From contig CAJTML010000002.1 of the NCBI GenBank assembly GCA_910577495.1, forward strand, positions 4,503-68,502: a DNA stretch of 64,000 nucleotides. The letters run 5' to 3'. Shown piece after piece: positions 9,205-18,757 of the stretch (within the stretch, counting starts at the first letter, position 1; each line of letters begins with the position of its first letter). The translations under genes were made by a program, and so were the position numbers. The notes under the pieces were generated by a model, which worked only from the letters and a program-made list of their open reading frames with translations, was not told where the DNA came from and did not search any database. Origin of the DNA: an uncultured Eggerthellaceae bacterium. Lineage in GTDB: Bacteria > Actinomycetota > Coriobacteriia > Coriobacteriales > Eggerthellaceae.

Positions 9205-10248
9205 ATGAATACGTTTACAAAAAAATCTCTTAAATCTTACTCATATAACGAGTTGATTAACCTTCTCTCTCAATACAACGTACCGAAATTCCGTGCAAAA
9301 CAGTTATATGAATGGTTATATCTACACCATGTTTCAACTTTTGACGAGATGACGAATCTTCCAAAAGCTCTACGTGATACTCTTGCAAACGACTATAGCC
9401 TTTCGAATAGTACGATTATTGATACTCAGAAATCCAAAGATGGGACGAGAAAGTATCTCATTCAGCTTGAAGACGGATATCTTGTTGAGACTGTTGGTAT
9501 ACCCTCGCAAAATGGACAACGTTTAACCGTTTGTTTCTCTACACAGGTTGGATGTCCTATGCAATGCGCATTCTGTGCAACCGGTAAAGAAGGTTTTACC
9601 CGCAATCTTTTGCCTGGTGAAATATGTGATCAAATACTTCTCGTCCAAGATGACTTTCAGAAACGAGTAACGAACATTGTTGGCATGGGTCAAGGCGAAC
9701 CCTTCTTGAACTACGATAATACCCTTAAAGCCTTAGAAATTATCAATGATCCGAAGGTTATTGGTATAGGTGCACGACATATCACACTTTCAACCTGCGG
9801 TATCATCCCTAAGATTCATGAATTCTCAAACGTTAAAGAGCAGTTCACACTAGCAGTCTCGCTTCATTCTGCTATTCAAAGCACTAGGGATTCGCTTATG
9901 CCGAAAGTATCTCAATATAATCTTGAGGAGCTTAAAGACTCCCTCGTGGCGTATGTTGAGGCTACAGGGAGGCGTGTGACTCTGGAATATGCCATGATGC
10001 GAGGTGTAAACGACACTAACGAACATCTAAAGGCACTCATAGCTTTCTGCTCTGGACTTCTTTGTCATGTCAATCTCATACCTTTAAATGAAATTCCAGA
10101 TTCCGAGTATCTTCCAAGCACAACAGAAACGGGAAAACACTGGATAGATACGCTTGAATCTCACCATATCGAAACAACGCTGCGTAATTCAAAAGGCAGT
10201 GATATTGCTGCCGCTTGTGGCCAGCTTAAAAATACCTTTACTCAATAA
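9205..10248 (+). CDS. rlmN: 23S rRNA/tRNA (adenine-C2)-methyltransferase RlmN (radical SAM)
   Basis: 347 aa. CPMQCAFCATG radical-SAM cluster motif, C-terminal AAACGQL, and N-terminal ...FRAKQLYEWLY. Confidence 0.9.
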   Translation: MNTFTKKSLKSYSYNELINLLSQYNVPKFRAKQLYEWLYLHHVSTFDEMTNLPKALRDTLANDYSLSNSTIIDTQKSKDGTRKYLIQLEDGYLVETVGIPSQNGQRLTVCFSTQVGCPMQCAFCATGKEGFTRNLLPGEICDQILLVQDDFQKRVTNIVGMGQGEPFLNYDNTLKALEIINDPKVIGIGARHITLSTCGIIPKIHEFSNVKEQFTLAVSLHSAIQSTRDSLMPKVSQYNLEELKDSLVAYVEATGRRVTLEYAMMRGVNDTNEHLKALIAFCSGLLCHVNLIPLNEIPDSEYLPSTTETGKHWIDTLESHHIETTLRNSKGSDIAAACGQLKNTFTQ

Positions 10249-10250
10249 AT

Positions 10251-10277
10251 AATAAAGGGGCTTGAAGCCCCTTTATT
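10251..10277. terminator. Bidirectional terminator hairpin between rlmN and parB
   Basis: AATAAAGGGGCT-TGA-AGCCCCTTTATT: a 12-bp perfect stem with A/T-rich arms. Confidence 0.7.
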
Positions 10278-10283
10278 ATTTAT

Positions 10284-10299
10284 TGTTTCACGTGAAACA
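10284..10299. promoter_or_regulatory. parS site, 16/16
   Basis: TGTTTCACGTGAAACA, 7 nt downstream of the parB stop codon. Confidence 0.85.
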
Positions 10300-10305
10300 T
10301 TCAGA

Positions 10306-11352
10306 TTATTCTTCATTATGAGTTATCTGCTGGAAGAGGCGCTGTAAGTCCTCTTCGTCTTTAAACTCAATTTCAATCTTATTCTTACCTTTTACAGACT
10401 TAACACGCACATTAGTCTGCAAAGTCTCACGTAAATTGCGAGCCACTGTCTTAAACGTCTTAGGCATTGGCTCACGCGGCGTAGAAGAAGTGTTTTGTTT
10501 TCCTGCCAATAAACGTGCAATAGCTTCTGCTTCACGTACAGATAGCTTCTCCTGGACAAGTTTATCAGTAAGCTTTTGACGTCCTTCTTTAGTTGGAATT
10601 GAAAGGATTGCTCGCGCGTGACCTGCGGTTATCTTGTCTTCAAAGAGTAATTGCTGAGCATCCTCGGGTAATTCTAGGAGACGCAATGCATTAGCAACTG
10701 TCGAACGGCCTTTTGAAACAGCTTGAGCTACTTCGGCTTGAGTCATTCGACGACGTTCCATCATCCTTCGGTACCCATATGCTTCTTCAATAGGATTCAG
10801 GTCTGAACGCTGGATATTCTCAATAAGTGCCAGCTCTAACGCTTCATCATCGTTTGCATCTTTAATTCGGATGGGAACTTTCTTTAAACCGGCTAATTGA
10901 GAAGCCTGCCAACGACGTTCACCGGCAATAATCTGATATCGGTTGTCAGGAAGCGGACGAACCAGGATTGGCTGTAGTAAGCCATCCTTTTTAATTGAAG
11001 ATGCTAATTCTTCTAATTCTTCTTTATCGAAATTCGTTCGTGGCTGGTCAGGATTCGGTTCTACGAGCTTAATATCAACTTCGTCAGTATTCTTTTTCTC
11101 CTCAGAAGGCGCCTTTTCAGCTTTAGCTACCTTTTGAGCCTTGTTATCAGTAACCGATACTGGTTGCTTCTCAACCTCGCGCTCAACAACAATACCTTCT
11201 TCAGCAGCAAGAGGATCGATTATCGTTGAACTTTCTTCTACCTCAACACGCACCCGGTGAGGAGTGGTCTCCATAGGTGTTGCTTCCTCCATAGATCCAC
11301 TTAAAAGAGAATTTAAACCACGGCCAAGGCCTTTTTTGACATTATTAGCCAC
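10306..11352 (-). CDS. parB: Chromosome partitioning protein ParB/Spo0J
   Basis: 348 aa. ParB box GERRWQASQLAGLKKVP, an HTH region, and a C-terminal dimerisation segment. It overlaps the parA stop by 8 nt. Confidence 0.92.
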   Translation of the reverse strand: MANNVKKGLGRGLNSLLSGSMEEATPMETTPHRVRVEVEESSTIIDPLAAEEGIVVEREVEKQPVSVTDNKAQKVAKAEKAPSEEKKNTDEVDIKLVEPNPDQPRTNFDKEELEELASSIKKDGLLQPILVRPLPDNRYQIIAGERRWQASQLAGLKKVPIRIKDANDDEALELALIENIQRSDLNPIEEAYGYRRMMERRRMTQAEVAQAVSKGRSTVANALRLLELPEDAQQLLFEDKITAGHARAILSIPTKEGRQKLTDKLVQEKLSVREAEAIARLLAGKQNTSSTPREPMPKTFKTVARNLRETLQTNVRVKSVKGKNKIEIEFKDEEDLQRLFQQITHNEE

Positions 11353-12331
11353 GTTGTATCACTTCCTTTGCGAGATCTAAATAAGCTGTAGCACCTTTAC
11401 CGGTAGGATCATAAGTAATAATCGCTTGTCCATAACTTGGTGCTTCTGATAGTTTTACGGTACGAGGAATCAGTGTCTTAAATACTGATTTACCAAAGTA
11501 ATTACGTACTTCTTCAACTACCTGACGGGATAAAGTAGTTCGACCATCATACATGGTGAGCAAAACACCATAGATATCCAACGTCGGATTTAAGCGAGAT
11601 TTGACACGTTTCATTGAATCAAGAAGTTTTGTCACGCCTTCCAATGCATAAAACTCGCATTGAATAGGGATAATCAACTTATCAGACGCCACTAAAGCAT
11701 TAATAGTCAGCAAGCCGAGCGCAGGCGGGCAGTCAATTAAGATGTAATCATATTTACCGCGAAGTGATCCTGTTGCGTCCTTTAAGCGGTTTTCACGCGC
11801 CATCTCAGTCACAAGCTCTACTTCTGCACCTGCTAAATTAATAGTTGCCGGAACAATATCTACACCTTCGCAAATATCAGGAATAATTACTTCCTCAATC
11901 GGCACGTCATTTAAGAGAACGTCATAAATACAGTTCTGAATCTGACTCTTCATTACACCGAGACCACTTGAGGAATTACCTTGCGGGTCTAGATCAACCA
12001 ATAAGACTTGCTTTCCAAGTGAACCCAAAGCAGCAGCCAAATTCACCGCAGTAGTTGATTTACCAACTCCGCCTTTTTGGTTGATGATTGCGAGAATCTT
12101 TGTCTGCCCAATTACATGTTTAACGGGCGCTTTATCTTTATAAGTTTTTAAAGGGGTTACAGGAATCTCTTGAACAGGAGGTTGAACGGCTGGTCGTTCT
12201 ATAACCTCAATATACTCTTCTGCATCCACTTCGTGTTCAACTTCAGGTTCACTTGCTGACGCCTGTTGTGATGGTTGAGTTGTAAACTCGTTGTCTTTTT
12301 TGTCGCGTTTTAAGCCATCAAAGAATCCCAC
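11345..12331 (-). CDS. parA: Chromosome partitioning ATPase ParA/Soj
   Basis: Deviant Walker A INQKGGVGKST. The listed ORF extends to 12511 but would then read through a parS palindrome. An in-frame GTG at 12331 follows AAAGGGGG by 5 nt, so I call that start (328 aa). Confidence 0.85.
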   Translation of the reverse strand: MGFFDGLKRDKKDNEFTTQPSQQASASEPEVEHEVDAEEYIEVIERPAVQPPVQEIPVTPLKTYKDKAPVKHVIGQTKILAIINQKGGVGKSTTAVNLAAALGSLGKQVLLVDLDPQGNSSSGLGVMKSQIQNCIYDVLLNDVPIEEVIIPDICEGVDIVPATINLAGAEVELVTEMARENRLKDATGSLRGKYDYILIDCPPALGLLTINALVASDKLIIPIQCEFYALEGVTKLLDSMKRVKSRLNPTLDIYGVLLTMYDGRTTLSRQVVEEVRNYFGKSVFKTLIPRTVKLSEAPSYGQAIITYDPTGKGATAYLDLAKEVIQRG

Positions 12332-12376
12332 AAGGACCCCCTTTCTTATTGATTGGACAGTATACCCTGTTTTCAA

Positions 12377-12392
12377 TGTTTCACGTGAAACA
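12377..12392. promoter_or_regulatory. parS site, 16/16, at the centre of a 34-bp perfect palindrome (12368..12401)
   Basis: TGTTTTCAATGTTTCACGTGAAACATTGAAAACA equals its own reverse complement. It lies between the rsmG stop and the parA start. Confidence 0.85.
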
Positions 12393-12440
12393 TTGAAAAC
12401 AATATTTGTTTGTCGGCAAAAGAAAGCGATAAAGCAATAC

Positions 12441-13091
12441 TTAGAGTGGTTTCTTTTGAGCGAATCCTGTTTTACGAGGCAACTTGATTGTTGGTTTTGA
12501 AACTTTTTCAAATACCACTATGCAACGATGTTTGTCATAGAGCTCGAAATCACGTCTTGAAACAAGTTTCATGCCAAGTGTTTTCTCTAAACTAAGTGCT
12601 TTAGTAAATTCTTCATCTTCTAAGTTGCTTTTATAACAAATCAGGTATCCACCTTTAATAAGAAGGGGAGATGCGAATTCCATCAAAATAGATAATTGAG
12701 ACAAGGCTCGTGCAGTAATAACAGCGAAGCTCTGAGGTTGCTCTTTTGCGAGATCTTCAATTCGTCCATGATACGTCGAAACTGAAGATAAATCTAACTC
12801 TTTAATAATAGTATCTAAAACTGCGGTCTTCTTTCCAACTGAATCAACAAGAAGTGTCTCTCTTCCACTGGTGACCGCAAGCGGTATACCTGGATAGCCG
12901 GCACCACAACCAATATCAGCATAGCGCCCTTCCGGCGCTTTATTAAGCTCCTCTAAGCCAGTTAGTGAATCCTCAATATGAAATTTCTTGCCTTCATCAA
13001 ATGAATCAATGCGAGTTAAGTTAGTAATCTTATTTGCCTCTAATACCAGCTCAAGGTGTTTCTCTAACACTGACTGCGTAGTCGAATCCAT
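12441..13091 (-). CDS. rsmG: 16S rRNA (guanine527-N7)-methyltransferase RsmG/GidB
   Basis: NLTRI...HIEDSL...DIGCGAGYPGIPLA SAM-binding motif. The ORF is open up to 13169. The ATG at 13091 (MDSTTQ...) gives the usual N-terminal length, but the start is uncertain. Confidence 0.85.
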   Translation of the reverse strand: MDSTTQSVLEKHLELVLEANKITNLTRIDSFDEGKKFHIEDSLTGLEELNKAPEGRYADIGCGAGYPGIPLAVTSGRETLLVDSVGKKTAVLDTIIKELDLSSVSTYHGRIEDLAKEQPQSFAVITARALSQLSILMEFASPLLIKGGYLICYKSNLEDEEFTKALSLEKTLGMKLVSRRDFELYDKHRCIVVFEKVSKPTIKLPRKTGFAQKKPL

Positions 13092-13194
13092 ATCCCATAC
13101 CTTTAGTAGAATTATATTTTCCTTATCATAAAAAAATGTCTGGATAGTTTTCATCAACCATCCAGACATTCTATAAATACTATAAAGAAATAAA

Positions 13195-13743
13195 CTAAAC
13201 AGGCATTACCACAACGTGTCGTGCACTGCCTTCACCCTCTGAAGCGGTTTCAACGCGCTCATCATCACGGAGTGTAATATGAATAATCCTGCGCTCATAA
13301 GGAGTCATAGGACGCATCTTAATACTACGATTCTGGCTTACCGCACGATTTGCGGTTGAGTGAGCAATTGACTCCAACTTCTCACGTTGACGTCCTTTAT
13401 ATCCTTCGACATCAATCACAACCGGATAACGGAAACCAATCGTGCGAACGGTAATTGCCGAAACAAGGAATTGTAAAGCATCAAGCGTTTTACCATGTCG
13501 ACCAATAAGAACAGCAAGATCATCACCAGTGATATCGAGGATTAATTCACCCTCGTCACCTTCATACTCATCAATAGTAACTTCGCCTACATCAAAGTAC
13601 TTAAGGATGTCCTGGAGAACATTAATAGCTGTATCAGCGATATTATCAATATCTTCATCAGTCAAAGAGTCTTCTACACCGTCGTCCTCTTCAACTTCTT
13701 CGATCTCAATAATTTCTTCTTGAGATTCCAGTTCATCTGCCAT
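13195..13743 (-). CDS. khpB: Jag/KhpB-type KH + R3H RNA-binding protein
   Basis: 182 aa. KH-like LIGRHGKTLDALQFL, R3H ...MTPYERRIIHITL..., and an acidic N-terminus. It sits in the conserved yidC-jag position. Confidence 0.85.
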   Translation of the reverse strand: MADELESQEEIIEIEEVEEDDGVEDSLTDEDIDNIADTAINVLQDILKYFDVGEVTIDEYEGDEGELILDITGDDLAVLIGRHGKTLDALQFLVSAITVRTIGFRYPVVIDVEGYKGRQREKLESIAHSTANRAVSQNRSIKMRPMTPYERRIIHITLRDDERVETASEGEGSARHVVVMPV

Positions 13744-13839
13744 TTTATACTCCTTACTATTGCCAATCAGCTTACTTTAAGCTGTGAACTTCACCAAAAA
13801 CAAAACAAGGATATAGATACCTATATCCTTGCTGAAAGT

Positions 13840-14622
13840 CTATCGTTTCGAATTACTCTTTTTCTTAGGACGAGGCTTTTTATTCTTCCTCGTTACATCA
13901 ACCTCAATCGGCTTAACTTCAATAATCTCTTCTTTCTCAGCATCGCGACGCTTCATGAGACGCAAAGAGATTTGTTGCTGCGCAATTGCGAGAAGTGACG
14001 AGGTACCCCAGAACAACAATACACCCGCAGGAGATCCCCAACTAATCCACAGCATGAAAAGCGACATAACGCCGGACATAATAAGTGTCTGGTTACGTTG
14101 CGGGTTATCTTTCTGGCCACGCTGCATCAGGATCATAGGCAAGAAGGTTGCACCAGCGAATACCAGCATGAGAACTAAATACGGAACAAATGTTCCAAAT
14201 CCATACCCGAACGCTTCGGAAGGAGACATAACCAAGTTAGGAACGATGTTGTAGAACGCATAAGAGCTATTCTCAACACGAGTTGCCATCTCACGCAAAA
14301 CTTGGAACAACGCAATAAAGATAGGCATTTGCAACAACATCGGCAAACAACCTGCAAGCGGGTTAAACTTAACCTCAGCATACAGCTTTTGCATCTCCTG
14401 CTGCATACGCGTAGGATCATTAGAATACTTACGCTGAATCTCTTGGATCAGAGGTTGCACTTTCTGCATTTGATAAGACGATTTCGTCTGCTTATGCATC
14501 AGCGGGGAAATAAGTACACGGAAAATAACGGTAACAATGATAATGGCGAGACCCCAGTCACCGCAGACGTTATAGAAAAACTCGATTATGTTAAAAATCA
14601 AGTCCTTAAAATACTCCCACAT
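13840..14622 (-). CDS. yidC: Membrane protein insertase YidC/Oxa1 family
   Basis: 260 aa, multi-TM, with ...LISPLMHKQTKS...PLAGCLPMLLQMPIFIALF... and a basic C-tail. Confidence 0.9.
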   Translation of the reverse strand: MWEYFKDLIFNIIEFFYNVCGDWGLAIIIVTVIFRVLISPLMHKQTKSSYQMQKVQPLIQEIQRKYSNDPTRMQQEMQKLYAEVKFNPLAGCLPMLLQMPIFIALFQVLREMATRVENSSYAFYNIVPNLVMSPSEAFGYGFGTFVPYLVLMLVFAGATFLPMILMQRGQKDNPQRNQTLIMSGVMSLFMLWISWGSPAGVLLFWGTSSLLAIAQQQISLRLMKRRDAEKEEIIEVKPIEVDVTRKNKKPRPKKKSNSKR

Positions 14623-14667
14623 TTCCTGATATCCCTTCTATAAGCAACACAAGTCCAAAGGTTTTAC

Positions 14668-14901
14668 CTAAGGAACAGGATCATATCCATGCGGACCACC
14701 AGGGCGACACTTTAATATGCGCTTAGCAGTTAAAACGAATCCCTTTTTAAATCCGTACCGACGAAAAGCTATCATCCCATACTCTGAACAAGTAGGAGTG
14801 AATCTACAGCAGGCAGGAAATAAAGGCGAAATAGCGCTTTGGTAAAACTTAATCAGAAAAATAGCTATATCAGTTAGTAGTTTTTGAAACTTCTCCCTCA
14901 T
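14668..14901 (-). CDS. yidD: Membrane protein insertion efficiency factor YidD
   Basis: YQSAISPLFPACCRFTPTCSEYG...CRPGGPHGYDPVP. The listed ORF (to 15126) overlaps rnpA. The ATG at 14901 (MREKFQ) gives the normal ~77 aa. Confidence 0.85.
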   Translation of the reverse strand: MREKFQKLLTDIAIFLIKFYQSAISPLFPACCRFTPTCSEYGMIAFRRYGFKKGFVLTAKRILKCRPGGPHGYDPVP

Positions 14902-15238
14902 ATAATCTATCCTTCGAAATTCCAGCGTCATAAAGTGCACGATCGCATGCAGTAAGCACTTTACTATAAGTAACCTCACAAATATTTGATTTTGCAAGAA
15001 ATACCACGTTATAAGCGCTCCAGGGACCAGAAAGCTCCTGACAAATTGCACGCATGCGTCTCTTTGCTCTATTCCTCCAAACAGCGTTACCGTATTTTTT
15101 ACCCGCAACAAAAGCAACACGACCATTGAGGTCGTGCTCTTTTGTTGGCAACACTATTAATGTTAAGTATGGTGTTCTTAAACGCTTGCCTGAAGAGAAG
15201 AGATTAGCAATCTCTTCTTTCGATTTGATTGTTTCCAA
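14870..15238 (-). CDS. rnpA: Ribonuclease P protein component
   Basis: 122 aa, in the conserved rpmH-rnpA-yidD-yidC order, with a basic RNase P protein pattern (...VAGKKYGNAVWRNRAKRRMR...). Confidence 0.88.
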   Translation of the reverse strand: METIKSKEEIANLFSSGKRLRTPYLTLIVLPTKEHDLNGRVAFVAGKKYGNAVWRNRAKRRMRAICQELSGPWSAYNVVFLAKSNICEVTYSKVLTACDRALYDAGISKDRLYEGEVSKTTN

Positions 15239-15250
15239 TCAAATCTCACC

Positions 15251-15385
15251 TTAGACGCAAAGACGCTTACGGCCTTTTGCGCGGCGCGCGGCCAATACCT
15301 TACGTCCGCCTTTCGTAGCCATACGAGCGCGGAAACCATGGCATTTGGCGCGTTTACGAGTGTTCGGTTGGTAAGTGCGCTTCAT
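15251..15385 (-). CDS. rpmH: 50S ribosomal protein L34
   Basis: Not in the ORF track because it is under 60 aa. Hand translation gives [44 protein letters not shown]. Confidence 0.93.
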   Translation of the reverse strand: MKRTYQPNTRKRAKCHGFRARMATKGGRKVLAARRAKGRKRLCV

Positions 15386-15558
15386 GTTAGTCCCTTTCGT
15401 TTTTACATAGCAACTTAAGAAGTATAGCTATCTCACTCAAAAAGTCAATAATTACCTTGGCTTTTAGTGAAAAATATTTTTACCGCGCAATAGAGGAGAT
15501 CCAAAGGATAGATATAAGAGACACACGAATTACTTTTGTTCGATATTTTCTGGTCGCG

Positions 15559-15923
15559 ATTCCACGGTGTTTGTTGGAAATGTTGAAAACTGTACAATCA
15601 TTCGAGGAATATTGTGGAAAACCCTTGCAAGAGGTGTAAGTCAAGTATTTTTTTGAGGTCAACTTAAGCCGCGTTTTACCAGGTCAAGTAAGTTCGCTCG
15701 ATTGTATTTTTGCTTCTGATCTGGGATTTTAGAACAAACGCCATAGTGAGGAGTGCTGGAAATTTTTTACAAACTACAGAACCCCACGTCAAATGAGAAT
15801 TACTAGTAATTGCACCCAAAGAAACACTATTTAAGGTATCTGCTCATCATTTTAATAACAAAGCTTTGTGGTTTTCCACATTCCGAATCCTTGTTATTCA
15901 TTCAATTCGGGGAGTTTTCCACA
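15559..15923. promoter_or_regulatory. DnaA-box cluster (oriC-like region I) in the 700-bp non-coding gap downstream of the divergent point
   Basis: Three exact TTTTCCACA boxes: 15613..15621 (reverse orientation), 15872..15880 and 15915..15923. Weaker variants are TGTTGGAAA and TGTTGAAAA at about 15571-15589. Gene orientation switches here. Confidence 0.6.
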
Positions 15924-16087
15924 AAGTTTGAATAAATTGTTAGTAACTTTTTGTTTCACCTGTTGATTTCGCTATTATATATTTCAGATTTACTGAATTA
16001 TTCGCATATTCCACCGGAATATCTATTCCAATAATAGAAATAATCCCTGAATACCGATACAATGACGAATAATTCTTTCAGAATTTA

Positions 16088-17158
16088 TTGAATATAGATT
16101 CAATGCCTGGAACAACTATACCGAATATGAGTGAAAACGCAGATCAAACGATGAATACAGACAACAACACTCTAACAACGCCTCCTGACTATGCCTTTGT
16201 GGATTCCGTCGCACGCATTGCACTTTACGATGATCTACTCAGTGCACCACGGATGACCGAGATCCAACCGGATGAAACAGCAGCATTTCTAGAGACACTC
16301 GCTTCAACTATCTATAATCTTTCTCATGAAATTGGTGGAACGATCCCTTACACCATTATTAGAGAAGTGAGCGAGAACTTTATTCATGCTCAATTTAATG
16401 AACCGACCGTAACCATCCTTGATCATGGCAATACAATTCAATTCACTGATCAAGGTCCAGGTATCGAGCAAAAAGAAAAGGCACTTCGCCCGGCGTTTAC
16501 TACCGCCACTAAGGAAATGAAGTCTTATATTAGAGGTGTTGGATCAGGTCTTCCTATTGTTGCTGAATACCTGGAAGTGTCACGTGGTTATATCACTATC
16601 GAAGATAATCTTGGATCTGGTTCAGTTATCACAATTAGTCTCAATAAGAATGAAGACCACGAAAGCGTACAACCGCTTTATCAAACACCACAACAGCCAA
16701 CCCAACAACCAGTACAACAGATGCAACCGGTTTTACAACCAGAACCAATACAGGCGTACGCCCCAGTTGCTGTACAGCAAACACCTCTACAGCAACCTAT
16801 ACAATACGGGGTAGGACAACCAATGGTTCCACAACAAACACTACAACAACCGCAAATGGCTCCACACGTAGTGCCGGTTTATCCCCAGCAGACACAATAT
16901 CCACCGCAACAACAAGCTACCTATATACAAGTGCCTAAGCTTGACGAAAAAGAGCGCCAGATTCTTATTGAGTTACTCCAGCAAAACTACCTTGGGGTAA
17001 CGGATCTCACGCGTCTTACTAATATTCCTCAAGCAACTGTCCATTCAAAGTTAACGAAATTAGAAAAGAATGGCATGGTTATTACCGTAGATTCACCACG
17101 AAAAGGCCTCAGAGCTCTCACTGAATTTGGAGCCACGGTAGCGAAAACGTTGTTATAG
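16088..17158 (+). CDS. GHKL (anti-sigma/histidine-kinase-like) ATPase domain, Q/P-rich linker, C-terminal winged-helix DNA-binding domain
   Basis: 356 aa. N-box-like IREVSENFIHAQ, G1-like FTDQGPGI, G2-like RGVGSGLPIVAEYL...GSGSVITISL. About 100 aa of Q/P repeats follow. The C-terminus ERQILIELLQQNYLGVTDLTRLTNIPQATVHSKLTKLEKNGMV is a MarR/ArsR-like wHTH. The start is uncertain: TTG 16088, ATG 16103 or ATG 16127. Confidence 0.6.
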   Translation: MNIDSMPGTTIPNMSENADQTMNTDNNTLTTPPDYAFVDSVARIALYDDLLSAPRMTEIQPDETAAFLETLASTIYNLSHEIGGTIPYTIIREVSENFIHAQFNEPTVTILDHGNTIQFTDQGPGIEQKEKALRPAFTTATKEMKSYIRGVGSGLPIVAEYLEVSRGYITIEDNLGSGSVITISLNKNEDHESVQPLYQTPQQPTQQPVQQMQPVLQPEPIQAYAPVAVQQTPLQQPIQYGVGQPMVPQQTLQQPQMAPHVVPVYPQQTQYPPQQQATYIQVPKLDEKERQILIELLQQNYLGVTDLTRLTNIPQATVHSKLTKLEKNGMVITVDSPRKGLRALTEFGATVAKTLL

Positions 17159-17203
17159 TTTTACAAGAGTTGAGATATTTACCAACTGAGAACAGGTAGC
17201 GCA

Positions 17204-18733
17204 ATGGATAGTAATACATTAACGCAGTCATGGAATAGTGTTTGTGAGCAAATTAAGACCTACGACGGAGTAGATCCTTCGCAAGTTGATGCATTCTTTT
17301 CACGCATTCACCCTCAAGCAATGAGCGAAGGCTTTTTAATGCTTTCTGCTGATAATGACTTTATTAAATTCTTCATCGAACGCGATTTTCTACCTCATAT
17401 CAAACGCGCTTTAGAAGAACAGTTCTCAGTTCCTTTTACCGTTATGCTGGAAGTTGATCCACTTTCATCATCAAATGTATTACCAACGACAGAAACTGCA
17501 CCAGCACCTACCGCTCCTGTAACTCCAACTCCAGCTGTTACAGCACCGCAACCACCATCACAGACACAACCTCGGACTCAAGGCTTTCCTGAGACTGAAG
17601 ATTTATTACTGAATCCCGATTTTTACACCGAAGAGGTACCTCAAACACCTCAACAAAAGTCGCCACTTCCGCAAAACAACACGCTTTCCAGTTATACGTT
17701 CGAAAACTTTGTTATCGGTGACTCAAATAGGATTCCTTACACTATGGCAGTTACGGTAGCCGAACAACCAGGCAGACAAGCCTATAACCCACTCTTTATT
17801 TATGGGCGAAGTGGCCTGGGTAAAACACACTTGCTATGTGCAATGCGCAACTATATCGAAGAAACCCGTCCTGAGTTGAATACAATCTACGTTAACGCAG
17901 ATGAATTAGTAAACAACTACACCGAATCAGCGCTTGCATACGATAAAGATAAGTCCAGCTATAAGAACTTTAAAGATTTATACGAAGATGCAGATGTCCT
18001 CTTTATTGATGACGTGCAACAGTTGCAAGGTAAAAAACAAACCCTTGATATCGTGTTTCAGATCTTTAACACCTTAATCCATAAGGGCAAGCAGGTTGTT
18101 TTATCAGCTGACCGTGCCCCCCATAACATCGACATTGATGAGCGCTATTATTCCCGTTTCAACCAGGGTGGCACCTTCGACATTCAACCACCTGAGTTGG
18201 AAACAAAGCTCGGAATTATTAAGCTCTACATTAAAGACTATAACCAGACAAACCCTTATGATACGGTCGAAATACCTGATGACGTGCAGCTCTATATCGC
18301 CGAGAACTCAGGACCGAATATTCGCGAACTTAAGAGTGCGGTTCTCAAAATTATTTCCAAAATCAAGATCGAGCATTTAACCGATATGACAATTTCCGAT
18401 GTTCGCCGCGAGTTAGAGAACCATTTCTCAGGTGGATCATTTAGGCGTTTTACATCTGATGACATCATTGACCAGGTTAAAGCATTCTATAAAGTAAGCG
18501 ACAAAGACTTAAAGTCATCCAATCGCACACACAATGTTGCGTTTGCAAGGCAAGTTGCATTCTTCCTGATTAAGCAATTTACTGATCTGACGTTTCAAGA
18601 TATTGGAAAGCAATTTAACCGTCACCACTCAACCGTTATCACCTCGGTTCAAAAAATCGAGAAACTCATGATTAGTGATAGGGAAGTGAGCGAAGAAATT
18701 GACGTACTGTCAAAAATGATTCGCGAAGGATAA
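17204..18733 (+). CDS. dnaA: Chromosomal replication initiator protein DnaA
   Basis: 509 aa. Walker A GRSGLGKTHLL, box VII, domain IV ...NRHHSTVITSVQKIE..., and a P/T/Q-rich domain II linker. Confidence 0.95.
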   Translation: MDSNTLTQSWNSVCEQIKTYDGVDPSQVDAFFSRIHPQAMSEGFLMLSADNDFIKFFIERDFLPHIKRALEEQFSVPFTVMLEVDPLSSSNVLPTTETAPAPTAPVTPTPAVTAPQPPSQTQPRTQGFPETEDLLLNPDFYTEEVPQTPQQKSPLPQNNTLSSYTFENFVIGDSNRIPYTMAVTVAEQPGRQAYNPLFIYGRSGLGKTHLLCAMRNYIEETRPELNTIYVNADELVNNYTESALAYDKDKSSYKNFKDLYEDADVLFIDDVQQLQGKKQTLDIVFQIFNTLIHKGKQVVLSADRAPHNIDIDERYYSRFNQGGTFDIQPPELETKLGIIKLYIKDYNQTNPYDTVEIPDDVQLYIAENSGPNIRELKSAVLKIISKIKIEHLTDMTISDVRRELENHFSGGSFRRFTSDDIIDQVKAFYKVSDKDLKSSNRTHNVAFARQVAFFLIKQFTDLTFQDIGKQFNRHHSTVITSVQKIEKLMISDREVSEEIDVLSKMIREG

Positions 18734-18757
18734 TTGAAGAAATTGTGCAAATTGCAA

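Noticed and set aside
12332-12511. N-terminal 60 codons of the listed 388-aa ParA ORF
   Set aside because: This extension would read through the 34-bp parS palindrome and overlap the rsmG 3' end. An in-frame GTG with a strong AAAGGGGG RBS at 12331 gives a normal ParA.
15457-15662. 60-aa ORFs on both strands (15457..15639 +, 15480..15662 -) in the rpmH-proximal gap
   Set aside because: They overlap each other and the DnaA-box cluster, have no RBS, and have implausible composition. The region is better explained as non-coding origin/promoter DNA.
16536-16814. Alternative-frame ORF inside the Q/P-rich linker of the GHKL-wHTH gene
   Set aside because: It is a product of the low-complexity CAA/CAG/CCA repeat region. 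The main frame connects two recognisable domains.
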